A stretch of DNA of 64,000 nt, taken from positions 229,525 through 293,524 of the forward strand of contig CAWJSK010000001.1 of the NCBI GenBank assembly GCA_963845535.1, given 5' to 3'. Origin of the DNA: an uncultured Spirochaetota bacterium. Its GTDB lineage: Bacteria; Spirochaetota; Spirochaetia; SZUA-6; Fen-1364. Position numbers and translations under genes: made by a program. The notes beneath the pieces were generated by a model that was not told where the DNA came from, did no database searches, and was given only the letters and a program-made list of their open reading frames with translations. This document shows, piece by piece, positions 1-10,961 of this stretch; within the stretch, counting starts at the first letter, position 1; every line of letters begins with the position of its first letter.

Positions 1-171
1 GGGAAGGAGCCCGATGGCAATGAGACCGGTGCCCAGCTCCTTGACCAGCGTGTACAGTTCCGCGTACGTAAGGGTCTGGAAGCTGTCATCAGGTTTTCGG
101 GTCTTCAGAGCAGCCAGGGAGGCATACTTGACGACAGACTCCTGCAGAAGTCCGATGAGAGTTTGTCCCAT
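1..171 (-). CDS. N-terminal fragment of an AMP-dependent synthetase (long-chain acyl-CoA ligase-like), runs off the window
   Basis: Manual translation MGQTLIGLLQESVVKYASLAALKTRKPDDSFQTLTYAELYTLVKELGTGLIAIGLLP; 'TY.EL...V..LG.GL..IG' is typical of acyl-CoA synthetase N-termini; purine-rich RBS upstream. Confidence 0.6.
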   Translation of the reverse strand, partial: MGQTLIGLLQESVVKYASLAALKTRKPDDSFQTLTYAELYTLVKELGTGLIAIGLLP

Positions 172-344
172 CTCTCCCTTCTCGCGGGGGCTGGGGCCCC
201 GTATTTGATTCTGGAACGAGTGCAGATGAGCTCGGGCCGGCACAAAGGTACTCTCCGCCGGATCGAGTGTCAACGGGCGCGCGTCCCGCGATGTGCGCCG
301 TGGGCGCCCTTCCCACCCACGCCCTGATTTACTACCCTATCCCC

Positions 345-1679
345 ATGAGTGTATTCAAAACTTACGACATACGTGGCGTCTGGGGCAGTGAAGTGGACAC
401 GAACCTTGCCTACCGGATCGGGCGGGGACTGGCGCGCCACATGAAGGCCGGTTCGTTCCTCCTGGGGTACGACGCTCGCCTTCACTCACCCGAGCTCTAC
501 CAGGCCGTGGCAGGCGGGCTGGCGGAGGAAGGGGCAACCGTGGCAGGCACGGGGCTTGCAAGCACTCCGCAGCTTCACTACACCCAGATCGACGGCGCGT
601 TTCCCGCCGCCGTCATGGTGACCGCCTCCCACAACCCCCCTCAATACCACGGATTCAAGGTATTCGATGCGAAGGGCGGCTCACTCAGCTATGATAAAGG
701 ACTGAGCAAAGTGGAAGCGCTGATTGCCGGGATCCCAGCGCCGTCCTCGATTGGCCGTCAGAGCATCCGGCAGGTGGAAGGCTTGGACAGGTACGTCGCC
801 TTCGTGGCAAAAGCCTCCGGCGGAAGAAAGCTCGGGGCAAAGATCGTCATCGACGTCTCCAGCGGGTCGTCCGGACCGGTTTTCCGCCGGCTTTCGGAAA
901 CACTCGGCGTGAACCCCGTGCTCTTGAACGAGAAGCCTGACGGCAACTTTCCCAGCCATGACCCCAACCCGCTGAAGGCCGAATCCCGCGAACAGGCCGC
1001 CCGGGCGGTGAAGGAGTCTGGGGCGGCGTTCGGAGTCGTTCTCGACGGGGACGGGGACCGGATCCTTTTCATCGACGAAAAAGGGCAGGGGATCGAAAAT
1101 TACTTCCTCTCCTGCCTCGTGGCGGAGGAGCTCCTGGCCCGCGCGCCGGGGGCGGCTATCGTCTACGACCTCATCTCCTCCCGCGTCCTGCCCGAGCGCA
1201 TCCGCGAGTGCGGCGGTGATCCGGTGGTCTCCCGGGTCGGGTATACTTTCCTTTACGACCGCATGGTGGCCGCGGGCGCGGTCTTCGGCGCCGAGACTTC
1301 GGGGCACGTCTACTTCAAGGTGAGCGACACGTACTACACGGAATCCGCGGCCTACGCCCTCGTCGTCCTGATGGGGCTCCTGGCTGCCCGGGGCCGTCCG
1401 CTGTCCGAGCTGGTGGCGCCGCTGCGCAGCCGTTACTTCCAGTCTCCCGAGATCAACGTCGAGGTGAAGGACAAGGAGAAGGCCATGCGGGAGATCGAGA
1501 GGCGCTACGCCAAAGGGCGCATCGACAAGCTGGACGGGGTGTCCGTCGAGTTCGAGGATTTCTGGTTCAACGTGCGGCCCAGCAACACGGAGCCTCTTCT
1601 CAGGCTGCGTCTGGAAGCGAAGCGGGCGGAGGTGGCGCAGGCCAGGACCGAGGAGATCAAGGCCATTTTAACGGGGTAA
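345..1679 (+). CDS. Phosphomannomutase/phosphoglucomutase
   Basis: FKTYDIRG start, TASHNP phosphoserine loop, DGDGDR metal loop, ETSGH, RPSNTEP. Confidence 0.93.
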   Translation: MSVFKTYDIRGVWGSEVDTNLAYRIGRGLARHMKAGSFLLGYDARLHSPELYQAVAGGLAEEGATVAGTGLASTPQLHYTQIDGAFPAAVMVTASHNPPQYHGFKVFDAKGGSLSYDKGLSKVEALIAGIPAPSSIGRQSIRQVEGLDRYVAFVAKASGGRKLGAKIVIDVSSGSSGPVFRRLSETLGVNPVLLNEKPDGNFPSHDPNPLKAESREQAARAVKESGAAFGVVLDGDGDRILFIDEKGQGIENYFLSCLVAEELLARAPGAAIVYDLISSRVLPERIRECGGDPVVSRVGYTFLYDRMVAAGAVFGAETSGHVYFKVSDTYYTESAAYALVVLMGLLAARGRPLSELVAPLRSRYFQSPEINVEVKDKEKAMREIERRYAKGRIDKLDGVSVEFEDFWFNVRPSNTEPLLRLRLEAKRAEVAQARTEEIKAILTG

Positions 1680-1762
1680 TCCCCGAACGGGTACCACCGT
1701 ACCGTGGCACCTGCATAGACCCCGGCCGCTGATTTTGCTACGATTTCCCAAGGAAACATCAG

Positions 1763-2833
1763 GTGATCGACAAACTGGAACGCAACAAGAAACGCTATCA
1801 AGAGCTGCAGGCTCTCATCTCCGACCCTGCCGTCATTCGGGACCAGAAGCGCTACCGGGAGCTTCGCCAGGAGCACGCTTCACTGATCGACCAGATGGAG
1901 GAGTTCGACCGCTATCAGGCCATTGCGGCGGAAATGGAGTCCAACCGCGAGCTTGCGGAGTCAAGTGAAGACCGCGAGATGAAGGAGCTGGCCAATGAGG
2001 AGCTGGTCCGATTGCAGTCACAGCTTGACGCTTCTGAGCAGCGGCTGAAACAGCTCCTCGTGCCTCGTGATCCTTTGGACGACAAGAACGTCATCATGGA
2101 GATCCGCGGAGGAACCGGCGGAGACGAGGCGGCGCTCTTTGCAGCGGACCTCTTTCGCATGTATTCGTACTACGCGGAGAACCAGGGCTGGAAGATCGAG
2201 GTGATGTCCGCCAGCCCCACGGAGATCGGCGGGTTCAAGGAAGTGATCTGTTCCATCTCCGGCAAGGCCGTGTATGCGAAGCTCCGCTATGAAAGCGGCG
2301 TCCACCGCGTTCAGCGCGTGCCGGTCACAGAGGCCGGAGGAAGGATCCACACCTCCACCGCGTCCGTGGCCGTGCTCCCCGAGGTGGAAGAAACGGAGAT
2401 CGAGATCAATCCGAACGAGCTTCGCATTGACGTGATGCGCGCGGGAGGCCCCGGTGGCCAGAGCGTGAACACCACGGACTCCGCCGTGCGCATCACCCAC
2501 CTCCCCACCGGCATTGTCGTGCATTGCCAGGATGAGAAGAGCCAGCACAAGAACAAGGCCAAGGCGCTCAGAATCCTGCGCGCGCGCCTGTACGACGCGG
2601 AGGAGGAGCGCAAGCACGCCGAGCGCGCGCTGGCGCGCAAGAGCCAGATCGGCTCCGGGGACAGGGCGGAGAAGATCCGTACATACAACTTCCCGCAGAA
2701 CCGCGCCACGGACCATCGGATCAATCTCACCCTCTACAAGCTGGACGCGGTGATGAAGGGTGAGATCGAAGAGTTCGTGGAGGCGCTGCGCATGAGCGCC
2801 CAGGAATCCGCGCTGACATCGGAGAGTGCATGA
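1763..2833 (+). CDS. prfA: Peptide chain release factor 1
   Basis: [14 protein letters not shown] recognition motif (RVPVTE), GGQ motif (GPGGQSVN), RTYNFPQNR. Confidence 0.97.
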   Translation: MIDKLERNKKRYQELQALISDPAVIRDQKRYRELRQEHASLIDQMEEFDRYQAIAAEMESNRELAESSEDREMKELANEELVRLQSQLDASEQRLKQLLVPRDPLDDKNVIMEIRGGTGGDEAALFAADLFRMYSYYAENQGWKIEVMSASPTEIGGFKEVICSISGKAVYAKLRYESGVHRVQRVPVTEAGGRIHTSTASVAVLPEVEETEIEINPNELRIDVMRAGGPGGQSVNTTDSAVRITHLPTGIVVHCQDEKSQHKNKAKALRILRARLYDAEEERKHAERALARKSQIGSGDRAEKIRTYNFPQNRATDHRINLTLYKLDAVMKGEIEEFVEALRMSAQESALTSESA

Positions 2834-3696
2834 CGGTGCGCACCCTGCTCAGCCAGGGGTATGACAAGCTCTTTCTCGCCGAAGTTGATACGCCGCTCCT
2901 TGACGCCCTCCTCCTCCTGGCCTTTTCCCTCCAGACCACCAAGGAGAAAGTCCTTGCGTCGCTCCCGGATCCGGTGGAGCCGGATGTGACGGAGCGTTTC
3001 CTGGGGCTCGTGGACCGCCGCTCCGCCGGCGTCCCGGTTTCCTACATCCTCAAGGTCAAGGAGTTCTGGGGGCTGGAGTTCTACGTGGACGAGCGCGTGC
3101 TGGTTCCGCGGCCGGACACGGAGGCGCTCGTGGAGAAAGCTCTGGACGTGGTGCGCGCGGACCCGCGGCTTTCCCGGGTGCATGACGCGTGCGCGGGCTC
3201 CGGATGCATTGGCATTGCTCTCAAGAGCTCCGTCCCCCGCCTTTCGGTCAGCGCCTCGGACATCTCCGTGGAAGCGGGGGAGGTCCTCAGCTTCAACGCG
3301 GAAAAGCTGCTCGGCGCGCGGATGGAGTTCTTCGTCTCCGACCTCCTGGAAAGCGTGCCGGGGTCTTTCGACGTGATTACCGCAAACCCTCCGTACCTGA
3401 GCGACAATGAGATGGAGGGGATGCGCAAGCTCGGATGGCCGGAGCCTGAGATGGCCCTGGCCGGCGGGAGGGATGGGACCGCGCTTGCCGAGCGCCTGAT
3501 CCGCGCCGCTCCCCGGAAGCTCGCGCCCAACGGCTGGCTCCTGCTCGAAGCGGCCCCGTCCCAGTTCATCAAGCTTTTCGCGCTCATGGACCAGGCGGGA
3601 TTCCAGAGCATTGACGTGATGCAGGACATGAGCGGCCACAACCGGGTGATTGCCGGCCGCCTCGGCTCCGGCCTTCGGGGAGGACGGGATGGGTGA
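2830..3696 (+). CDS. prmC: Release factor glutamine methyltransferase
   Basis: [17 protein letters not shown] motif, NPPY; ATGA overlap with prfA. Confidence 0.95.
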   Translation: MTVRTLLSQGYDKLFLAEVDTPLLDALLLLAFSLQTTKEKVLASLPDPVEPDVTERFLGLVDRRSAGVPVSYILKVKEFWGLEFYVDERVLVPRPDTEALVEKALDVVRADPRLSRVHDACAGSGCIGIALKSSVPRLSVSASDISVEAGEVLSFNAEKLLGARMEFFVSDLLESVPGSFDVITANPPYLSDNEMEGMRKLGWPEPEMALAGGRDGTALAERLIRAAPRKLAPNGWLLLEAAPSQFIKLFALMDQAGFQSIDVMQDMSGHNRVIAGRLGSGLRGGRDG

Positions 3697-5722
3697 CGAG
3701 CGCCCCGTTCCCAACACCACGGAGGTCACCGAGCTCCTGACCTATTTCCGCCAGAAGCTCGTTTCGTACCCTCCGGAAGAGACGGAGAAGATCCTCGCGG
3801 CCGCCGAATGGTCGCGGAAGCTCCACAGCGAACAGAAACGGGCGTCGGGAGACCCGTTCTTCGTCCACCCGCTGAGCGTCGCCTCCACCCTGGTGGACAT
3901 CAACATGGACTACCAGGCCATAGTTGCCGCGCTCCTTCACGACGTTCTTGAGGACACGGAGACCAGCCGGGCGCAACTCCGCAAGGAGTTCGGCAGGGAA
4001 GTGGAGTCCCTCGTCCAGGGGGTCACCAAGATATCGGTCCTTCGCGGCAGGTCGCGCTCCTCCCAGCACGCGGAAACCATCCGCAAGATGCTTTTCGCCA
4101 TGGTGAAGGACATCCGCGTCATCCTCATCAAGCTCGCCGACAAGCTGCACAACATGCGCACGCTGGCGTACCTGCCGGAGGAGGACAGGAAGCGTATTGC
4201 CATGGAGACGCTGGACATCTACGCGCCTCTGGCGGGCAGGCTGGGCATTTCGCGCATCAAGGACGAGCTGGAAGACCTCAGCCTCAAGCACTTGCAGCCG
4301 GCCGTGTACGAGCAGATCCGCAGGTACGTCGCGGAGAAAAAGAGCGAGCGCGCGAGCTACCTCGAGCGGCTGCGGGAAGCGATCTCCCGAGAGGCCACCG
4401 CCGCGGAGATCCCCATCTCCATGGAGACCCGGGCCAAGCATTTCTATTCGATATATCAGAAAATGAGGCGGCGGGGAAAACCCCTGGAGGAGATCTACGA
4501 TCTGCTCGGCATTCGGATCCTCTGTGAGACCACGAGCCAGTGTTATGAGATCCTGGGCCTCGTGCACAAGATCTGGATGCCCATCGAGGGGCGGTTCAAG
4601 GACTACATCGCCATGCCGAAGTCCAACCGCTACCAGAGCCTGCACACCACCGTCATGGGTTTCGACGGGAAAGTCATAGAGATCCAGATCAGGACGGAGG
4701 GCATGCACCAGACAGCGGAAAATGGGATTGCCGCGCACTGGCTGTACAAGAGCGGCGCCCTGAAGGAGTCGGAGAAGACGCAGGAGCTTTCCCTCATCAA
4801 CAAGCTCAAGGAGCTGCAGGGCAGGGGCCCCGTCTCATCGGACTTCCTGGACGAGATCAAGAAGGAGCTGCTTCGGGACTCGATTTACGTCTTCACGCCC
4901 AAGGGGGACGTGGTCGAGCTGCCGTCCGGCTCCACGGCCATCGACTTCGCCTACAACATCCACACGGACATCGGGGACCACTGCACCACGGCCAAGGCGG
5001 ACGGGGCCATCATCCCGCTCAAGGAGCCGCTCAAGAACACGCAGGTGGTGGAGGTGATGACCTCCAAGACGGCGCATCCCCACCTGGACTGGCTGCGCTA
5101 CGTGAAGACCTCCAAGGCGCGCAACAAGATCAAGCACTGGCTGGGGCAGAACGAGCCGGGCCTGATCTTCGACAGGAACATCGTGGCGCGCAAGAAAGCA
5201 GAGGCCGCCCCCCCGATCGTCTTCCAGAAGCCCAAGGAGGAAGGCGAGCCGGAGACGCAGATCCGGGACCCCTCGCGCGTGTCCATCAGGATCGGGCAGG
5301 AGCGTAACGTCATGATCCGCCTGGCCCAGTGCTGCACGCCGTCCACGGGCGACACGATCGTCGGCTACATCTCGCGCGGCCGCGGCATCACGGTGCACAA
5401 GATCGGCTGCCCCAGCATCGCCTCCATCAAGGATTTCGCCGAGCGCAGCATCGACGTGGAATGGGAGACCGTGTCGCCCAAATCGACGCGGCGTTTCCAG
5501 GTGACGGCGCGGCTCACCTCGAATCTCTTTTCCGAGATCGAGGGCGCGCTCAAGAAATTCGGCGGCCATCTCATCGAGGGGAAGCTGGAAGAGAACGAGC
5601 AGGAGATGCTGCGGGGGTTCTTCACGGTGGAGCTTGACAACCGGGAGGATTTCGGGAGGGTCATGAAGAGCCTGCGGACCATCCCCACCGTGGTCTCCAT
5701 CCAGGCCAGTGGACAGACGTAG
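3689..5722 (+). CDS. relA: Bifunctional (p)ppGpp synthetase/hydrolase (long RSH)
   Basis: HDVLED hydrolase motif, RAKHFYSI, YQSLHT, EIQIRT, TGS domain (VFTPKG...DFAY), CC-H-C zinc finger, C-terminal ACT-like region. Confidence 0.93.
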   Translation: MGDERPVPNTTEVTELLTYFRQKLVSYPPEETEKILAAAEWSRKLHSEQKRASGDPFFVHPLSVASTLVDINMDYQAIVAALLHDVLEDTETSRAQLRKEFGREVESLVQGVTKISVLRGRSRSSQHAETIRKMLFAMVKDIRVILIKLADKLHNMRTLAYLPEEDRKRIAMETLDIYAPLAGRLGISRIKDELEDLSLKHLQPAVYEQIRRYVAEKKSERASYLERLREAISREATAAEIPISMETRAKHFYSIYQKMRRRGKPLEEIYDLLGIRILCETTSQCYEILGLVHKIWMPIEGRFKDYIAMPKSNRYQSLHTTVMGFDGKVIEIQIRTEGMHQTAENGIAAHWLYKSGALKESEKTQELSLINKLKELQGRGPVSSDFLDEIKKELLRDSIYVFTPKGDVVELPSGSTAIDFAYNIHTDIGDHCTTAKADGAIIPLKEPLKNTQVVEVMTSKTAHPHLDWLRYVKTSKARNKIKHWLGQNEPGLIFDRNIVARKKAEAAPPIVFQKPKEEGEPETQIRDPSRVSIRIGQERNVMIRLAQCCTPSTGDTIVGYISRGRGITVHKIGCPSIASIKDFAERSIDVEWETVSPKSTRRFQVTARLTSNLFSEIEGALKKFGGHLIEGKLEENEQEMLRGFFTVELDNREDFGRVMKSLRTIPTVVSIQASGQT

Positions 5723-5739
5723 GCCGTGGATCTCGACCG

Positions 5740-7401
5740 TTATTTCTCCCGCAGGATTTCCACCCCGGTCCAGCTCTCCAGTGGCGGGTTCCTGGCGTAT
5801 TTCATGCAGCGCTGGGCGAAAATGGCGGCGCACACGTCCTCGGGCAGAATACGCAGGACCTGCTCAAACGCTTTCTTTGCCTCCCGGAAGTCCCGCTTGT
5901 AGTACGAGTCGAGGGCGCCCTGGTGGATGTTCCAGGCCTCCACCTCTGCGTCGGAAAGGTCGCGGTGGGGAGCGAAGATGCGCAGGGGTTCCTTCCTCCC
6001 CAGCACCCGGACCTTGTCGATCTGACGGCAGGGGATGTTTTCCCCCAGGAACTCGGCGACGCTCTCGGAGACGATGAGCTCCTCTTTGTATTGCTTTGTC
6101 AGCCCTTCCAGCCGGGAGGCGACGTTCACTTCGTCGCCGATGATCGTGTAATCCATCTTTTTCTCGGAGCCGATGTTGCCGAGGGTGACATCGCCGTAGC
6201 TGATGCCGACGCCGAAACGAAACGGAGGCCTGCCCTTCGAGATCTGCCCTGCGTTGAACGCGCGCACCGAGTCGAGCATTTCGAATCCCGACATGACGGC
6301 CTGGAATGCGTCGTCCGCGTGCGTAACGGGCGCCCCGAAGAAAGCCATGATGGCGTCCCCGATGTATTTGTCTACGATCCCCCTATGGCGGTCCTGAATG
6401 ATCTCTACCATCACCGCGAAGTAAGCGTTCAGCGACTCGACGATCTGGGCGGAGGTCAGACCTTCGGAGATGGAGGTGAAACTGCGGATATCGGAAAAAA
6501 GGATGGCCAGAGTACGTTTCTGCCCCACGAGCATGGACTCCGGACGCGCGAAGAACTCGTCTATCACGTCGGGCGGAACGTATTTCTGGAAGATATTGCG
6601 GATCTTCTGCTCTCTGTGCTGGGCGATGGCCGCATCGAGGGCATATCCCTTGATTTGCCGATACGCTTTGTCCAGCTCTTCCGTCATCAAGTTGAAGTTG
6701 TGCCCCAACTCACCGGTCTCGTCGTGGTAGAGGACGTCAACGCGCCGGGAAAGGTCGTTCGTCCGCATGATTTCTTTCATGGCGGTTACGACGAGCCGCA
6801 ACGGCCTTGTCATGAGGCTTGAGAACAGGATGAGCAGGGCAAGAGCGATCACGAGAGACCCGCCGAGGATAATAGCCGTCCGCGTGATGATTTCCGCCGT
6901 AGCGCGGTAGAATGCATCCTGTCTTTCGGTGACCAGGAAGTACCAGCCGAACGGCTCGAACAGCCGAGCCTGTGCAACGCGCGCCGCCCCGCCGGCCCGG
7001 ATCAGCATCCATCCGCTTCTTCCCGCGGAGCGTCCCCGAATCAGGTCAAGGCCCTCAGCCTGGGAAAGCGTCAGAGGGCTGGTGCTCATGGCGACTTTCC
7101 CATTCGCGTCCAAAGCAAAGATGAGCTCCGAGTCTCCTCTGACAAGGGTTTGCGCGTAGGATCCGACGGCGGAGCGGGCCGCGTCCACATATTCCTGGTT
7201 TCCAATGAAATTGTTTTCCACGAGCAGCGACCACTGGCTGTTTGCATAGTTTGTCAGGTCATCCATCTTGAATGCGAGAAGGCTCGTAGCAACGGACGTT
7301 ATGCCGTTTCGCGCAGACAATGACGCGACGAAGCCCGTCAGGAGTAAGGGAGCGATGATGAGGGGAAGAACGAGGAGGACAACCTTTGCTCTGATGCTCA
7401 T
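5740..7401 (-). CDS. Membrane adenylate/guanylate cyclase (2 TM, periplasmic sensor, HAMP, class III cyclase, C-terminal TPR-like tail)
   Basis: FSDIRSFT, DKYIGDAIMAFFG, DYTIIGDEVNVASRLE; HAMP (RP...DETGELGHNFN). Confidence 0.9.
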   Translation of the reverse strand: MSIRAKVVLLVLPLIIAPLLLTGFVASLSARNGITSVATSLLAFKMDDLTNYANSQWSLLVENNFIGNQEYVDAARSAVGSYAQTLVRGDSELIFALDANGKVAMSTSPLTLSQAEGLDLIRGRSAGRSGWMLIRAGGAARVAQARLFEPFGWYFLVTERQDAFYRATAEIITRTAIILGGSLVIALALLILFSSLMTRPLRLVVTAMKEIMRTNDLSRRVDVLYHDETGELGHNFNLMTEELDKAYRQIKGYALDAAIAQHREQKIRNIFQKYVPPDVIDEFFARPESMLVGQKRTLAILFSDIRSFTSISEGLTSAQIVESLNAYFAVMVEIIQDRHRGIVDKYIGDAIMAFFGAPVTHADDAFQAVMSGFEMLDSVRAFNAGQISKGRPPFRFGVGISYGDVTLGNIGSEKKMDYTIIGDEVNVASRLEGLTKQYKEELIVSESVAEFLGENIPCRQIDKVRVLGRKEPLRIFAPHRDLSDAEVEAWNIHQGALDSYYKRDFREAKKAFEQVLRILPEDVCAAIFAQRCMKYARNPPLESWTGVEILREK

Positions 7402-7589
7402 GCTTTCCTGCTGCGCTCCCCGCCGTACCTTGTCTTTTGCCGCAACGGGCAGGTCTCGCTTGCCCCGGTGCCTCGACGGGCATACAATAGTATCGTCATT
7501 CCCTCATGCATATTACCAGTGTAGTGGTCGATGGTATGGTGGGGAAGAGCCACTGCGGCTACATCAGGAACATTCGGGAGGCGGCATTC

Positions 7590-9541
7590 GTGGGAGGGCT
7601 GTATCGCAAGGCGCTGACATTTCATGATATCAATCCTACGGTGCCTGAAACCTCCGCCGGATCTCATGGAGGGAACGGAGACGGAATCAGCGCGGAAGAG
7701 CGCGCCAAGATTTCCAGTCATATAGAAGACCTGCTCGCAGGGAACCGCAAACAGATTTCTCCCCAGGCACTCGAGTATTCGGCAAAGCGTCGTGGGGCCA
7801 TGCTTCCCATTATCAGCAATGTCGTGATCTTTGTGGTCTTCGTCGTCGTCGGATTTGTCATTTTTCTTCTGCTCAACCACCAAGAAAAGTTCATTGCCAC
7901 GGGGCAGGCCACGGTCCTGGGAGCGGAAAACAAGCTCATTGCCCGCAATGAAGAAGCAAACGGAGGCAGAGCTTGCCGGCAAGGACGAGGCCATTCTCGA
8001 CGCTCAGAAGAAGCTCCAGGGGCTTTCCCAGGAGCAGCAGCGGCTTCGAGACCAGGCAGATTCGGCAGTCAAGGCGAAGGAACAAGCCCTGCGAGCTGAT
8101 TTTGAGACCAGGCTTTCCGCGGAAAAGGCGCGCCTGGAACGGCAGGGGCTTTCCGCAGCCGCGCAATCACGAGAGTTGAGGGACTTCCAGGCCGCGCGTC
8201 AGCGGGAGATCGAGGCGCAACTCGCTGCGGCGCGCCGGCAAGCCGACGTCGAGCTTTCCGCGCGACAGAAGTCACTTGCCGTTCTCGCCTCTCAATACCA
8301 GAACGATCTCGACGCGGCGCGGCAGCAACGCCTCCAGATGCAGGCGGAGTCTGCCCAGAAGGAAGCAAGCCTGCGAAGCCAGGCCTCCCAGGGTCTCCCT
8401 GCCGCCCAATCCGGCGTGGCGGCCCAGGAGGAGCTTGCTCGCCTTCAGGCTCAGAGAGAAAAGGACCAGCTTGTTCTCGACCAGCTCCTTGCGGGGTATT
8501 CCCGGGTCAACGCTGCCCTACAAGGGCAGGATCTGGCAGCGGCCCAGAAGGGGCTCGATTCCCTGCGCGCGTACCTTAATGATCCTTCCGTAGCGACCCT
8601 CCCCACCATTCAGAAGCGCCGCGGCGTGGAGATTTTCCTCATTGATTCGTTGGACGATCTGGTCCGAAGCCGTCGGTCCTCGGCCTCGCCACAGGCCGGG
8701 GCGAGCTCCGAAGCGGCGGCCCAGGTGCGCTCCATTGGCGATCTGGTGGCCCGGGGTGACGCGCTGTCGAAGACCGGAAACCTTGCGGAAGCCCATAACG
8801 CGTATTTGCAGGCCTTGCGCTTCATTCCTTCCGTGGACCAAGGATACCTCGCCCTGGAGGAGCTGCGCTCCTCCGAAGACCAGCAGAAGCGGCACGCCGC
8901 GGATGCCGGGCTGCAGAAGGCGAACGTCTTCTATCAGGCCGGCGACTTCCTTGCTTCTCTTTCTCAGTACCGGCAGGCGGTGGGCCTGCTTCTTGGGGAC
9001 GAGGCTCTTGCAAGCCAGCTGACCGACAACGTCATGAACGCCGGCTATCGTATCCTGGCAGCCGATGATCTTGCCACTCTTGCAAGGCTTCGCACGGACG
9101 AGCAGAAGAGGCAAGCCATCCTGAAGCATCTGGAAGACATGCGCAGCCAATACCTGGCGTACGCAGCGCTCCCTCAGCAATCCTCTTCCACGGAATCCGC
9201 GCGGGACAAGTCCCTGGCGAGCCTTCTCCAGGCAAAAATTCTGCTGCGCCAGATCCTCGACTCCGCCCCCATCCGCTCCCAGTACCCGACGCTCAGCGCC
9301 AACATGGAGCGCTACTTCGCGGCCCTGGAACAGCAGGGTCAAGATCGAAGGTCGCGCGGAAGCGATGGGCGAGGTGTAGCGTCCATGCGGAAACATTTCA
9401 AGCACCGGCAGCCAGCCTGGGCCAGCGGCGTCAAGCGCCGGCAGCCAGCCTGGGCCAGCGGCGGCCGCTGCAAGTTCTGTCGGAACCCAATCCCTCGTCA
9501 ACTTCCTGGACCGACTGCAGCAACTGATTGCGGGGAAGTAA
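7590..9541 (+). CDS. Single-TM long coiled-coil/TPR-like protein; reading frame broken near 7942 and 9345-9390
   Basis: GGGAGG RBS then GTG 7590; TM segment in ORF 7506..8099 continues into Q/E/A/R-rich coiled coil of ORF 7831..9591; plausible C-terminus SLVNFLDRLQQLIAGK* ends at 9541. Confidence 0.6.
9398..9463. repeat. Two 33-bp tandem copies within a coding linker
   Basis: TCAAGCACCGGCAGCCAGCCTGGGCCAGCGGCG / TCAAGCGCCGGCAGCCAGCCTGGGCCAGCGGCG. Confidence 0.9.
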
Positions 9542-9574
9542 AGCGTGTCGCGCGGCGTTTAGGTCCCAGGCGCT

Positions 9575-10961
9575 TCAATTCAGCACCGTGATCGTCATCA
9601 CGTAGACTCCCGGGGCCCCACTAGTGTTGTTGAGCTGGACGTATCGCAGCAGACCCGCTGATGCGCTGGAGGACCACAGCGTCGACAGCGATGTTCCGGT
9701 GGCCGACGCTGTAGCGATAGTGCTGGGCCCCGGCGCCAGTACGTTCAGCGTAACGCTTGCCGACGTCGTCCACGTCACGGAGAATTGGACATTGTTGGTA
9801 GCACCAGCATTGAAGGAGAGGAAGTCGTTGAGGTTTGTGGCAGTCAGGTTTCCGGTAACCTGGATGCTCATCAACGGCGCCAGTGTGATCCCCATGCTGG
9901 TGGCGGTCGCAAAAACGTCATTCGCCGGATCCGTCAACGCGGCGTCGAAGACAGCCATGACGTTGTTTACCGGGTTCAGATCCTGATCAACAAGCACGCT
10001 CACGCTGACCACAAGGTAGTAGTAGCCGGCCGTCAGCGGCCACGTCCCGCTGAAAGCGAGGACCGGCAAGAGATTCCCGGCGGCAAGCGCGGGCGTCGAG
10101 CCGGAGGCAAGAGGCACTGGTGTGCCGCCCGTGGTGGGTGTTGTGTTTGCGTAGACTTGCCACGCCACAGGTTGGGTTCCGCCATCGGGACCATTGTTCT
10201 GTATCTGGAACGTTCCGCTCACGGCTCCGCCAGGCGTCGTCGTCGCCACGGCAACTGAAGGTTACCGCAGTACAGTATAATCCACCTGCGCCAGAACAAC
10301 GCCGTACGAGGAAACGTCGGTGGGCCGATGCGCCCGCGCTGTCCTGGGAAGAGATGGAAGCGATCAGATAGTAGCTGTTCGGCGTGGTCGGCCAGAACCC
10401 GAGAACGGAATTGCGGTCGATGTTGCCCCTCCGTTCAGCGGAGCCAGTAGTCCCTGATGCGACCACCACGGTCCCCGTGCCAAGGGGCTCGTTGGTGATG
10501 CATAGATGGTCCAGGATACGGTTTGCGTGCCATTCGAGTCCCCTGGATTTTTGGATGGTGAAGGTTCCGCTCGCAGCTCCTCCTGCAACAGCGTGCCGCC
10601 TGTCCTGGTCACCTCGATGACTACGTAGGCCACTGGGTTCACGACCGCCTTGGCAGTAGCTTCCCTGGCTGTCCTTACTTGGACTATTGCCGTCCCCGGG
10701 GATTGTGGTGGCGGTATAAACTCCCGTTGAAGCGCCGATAGATCCGGGGCCGGACGTGACGGAGAATGTATAGGGCGGAGCGCCCCCCGACGCGCTGAAT
10801 GTCGCGCTTCCATTTGCCGGCACTGACGCGGTGGCTGGCGATATGAGAAGTTGAGCCTTGTTTCCGAGAGTGGAATAGAAAGAAGCGATGTTGCACGCGC
10901 CGGGGGCAATCAGCGCCGCCAGGAGGAGGAAGATGCTTTTCAGCCCGCTTCGCGACTTCAC
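9575..10961 (-). CDS. Thr/Ser/Gly-rich surface lipoprotein with Ig-like (CARDB-like) repeats and a C-terminal PPC-like domain; multiple frameshifts
   Basis: Signal peptide ending APGA-C; two similar 'SGTF.IQN.G...GTQ.V.W..YA...ASG.T...FSG.WP.T...YYL' units pieced from ORFs 9987..10961, 10364..10909, 9575..10249. Confidence 0.6.

Noticed and set aside
267..344. N-terminal extensions in the ORF track (PGM, also murE, ddl, hflK, mnmA, oppD, rubredoxin)
   Set aside because: They overlap promoters or neighbouring genes and precede the conserved family N-termini; starts were trimmed
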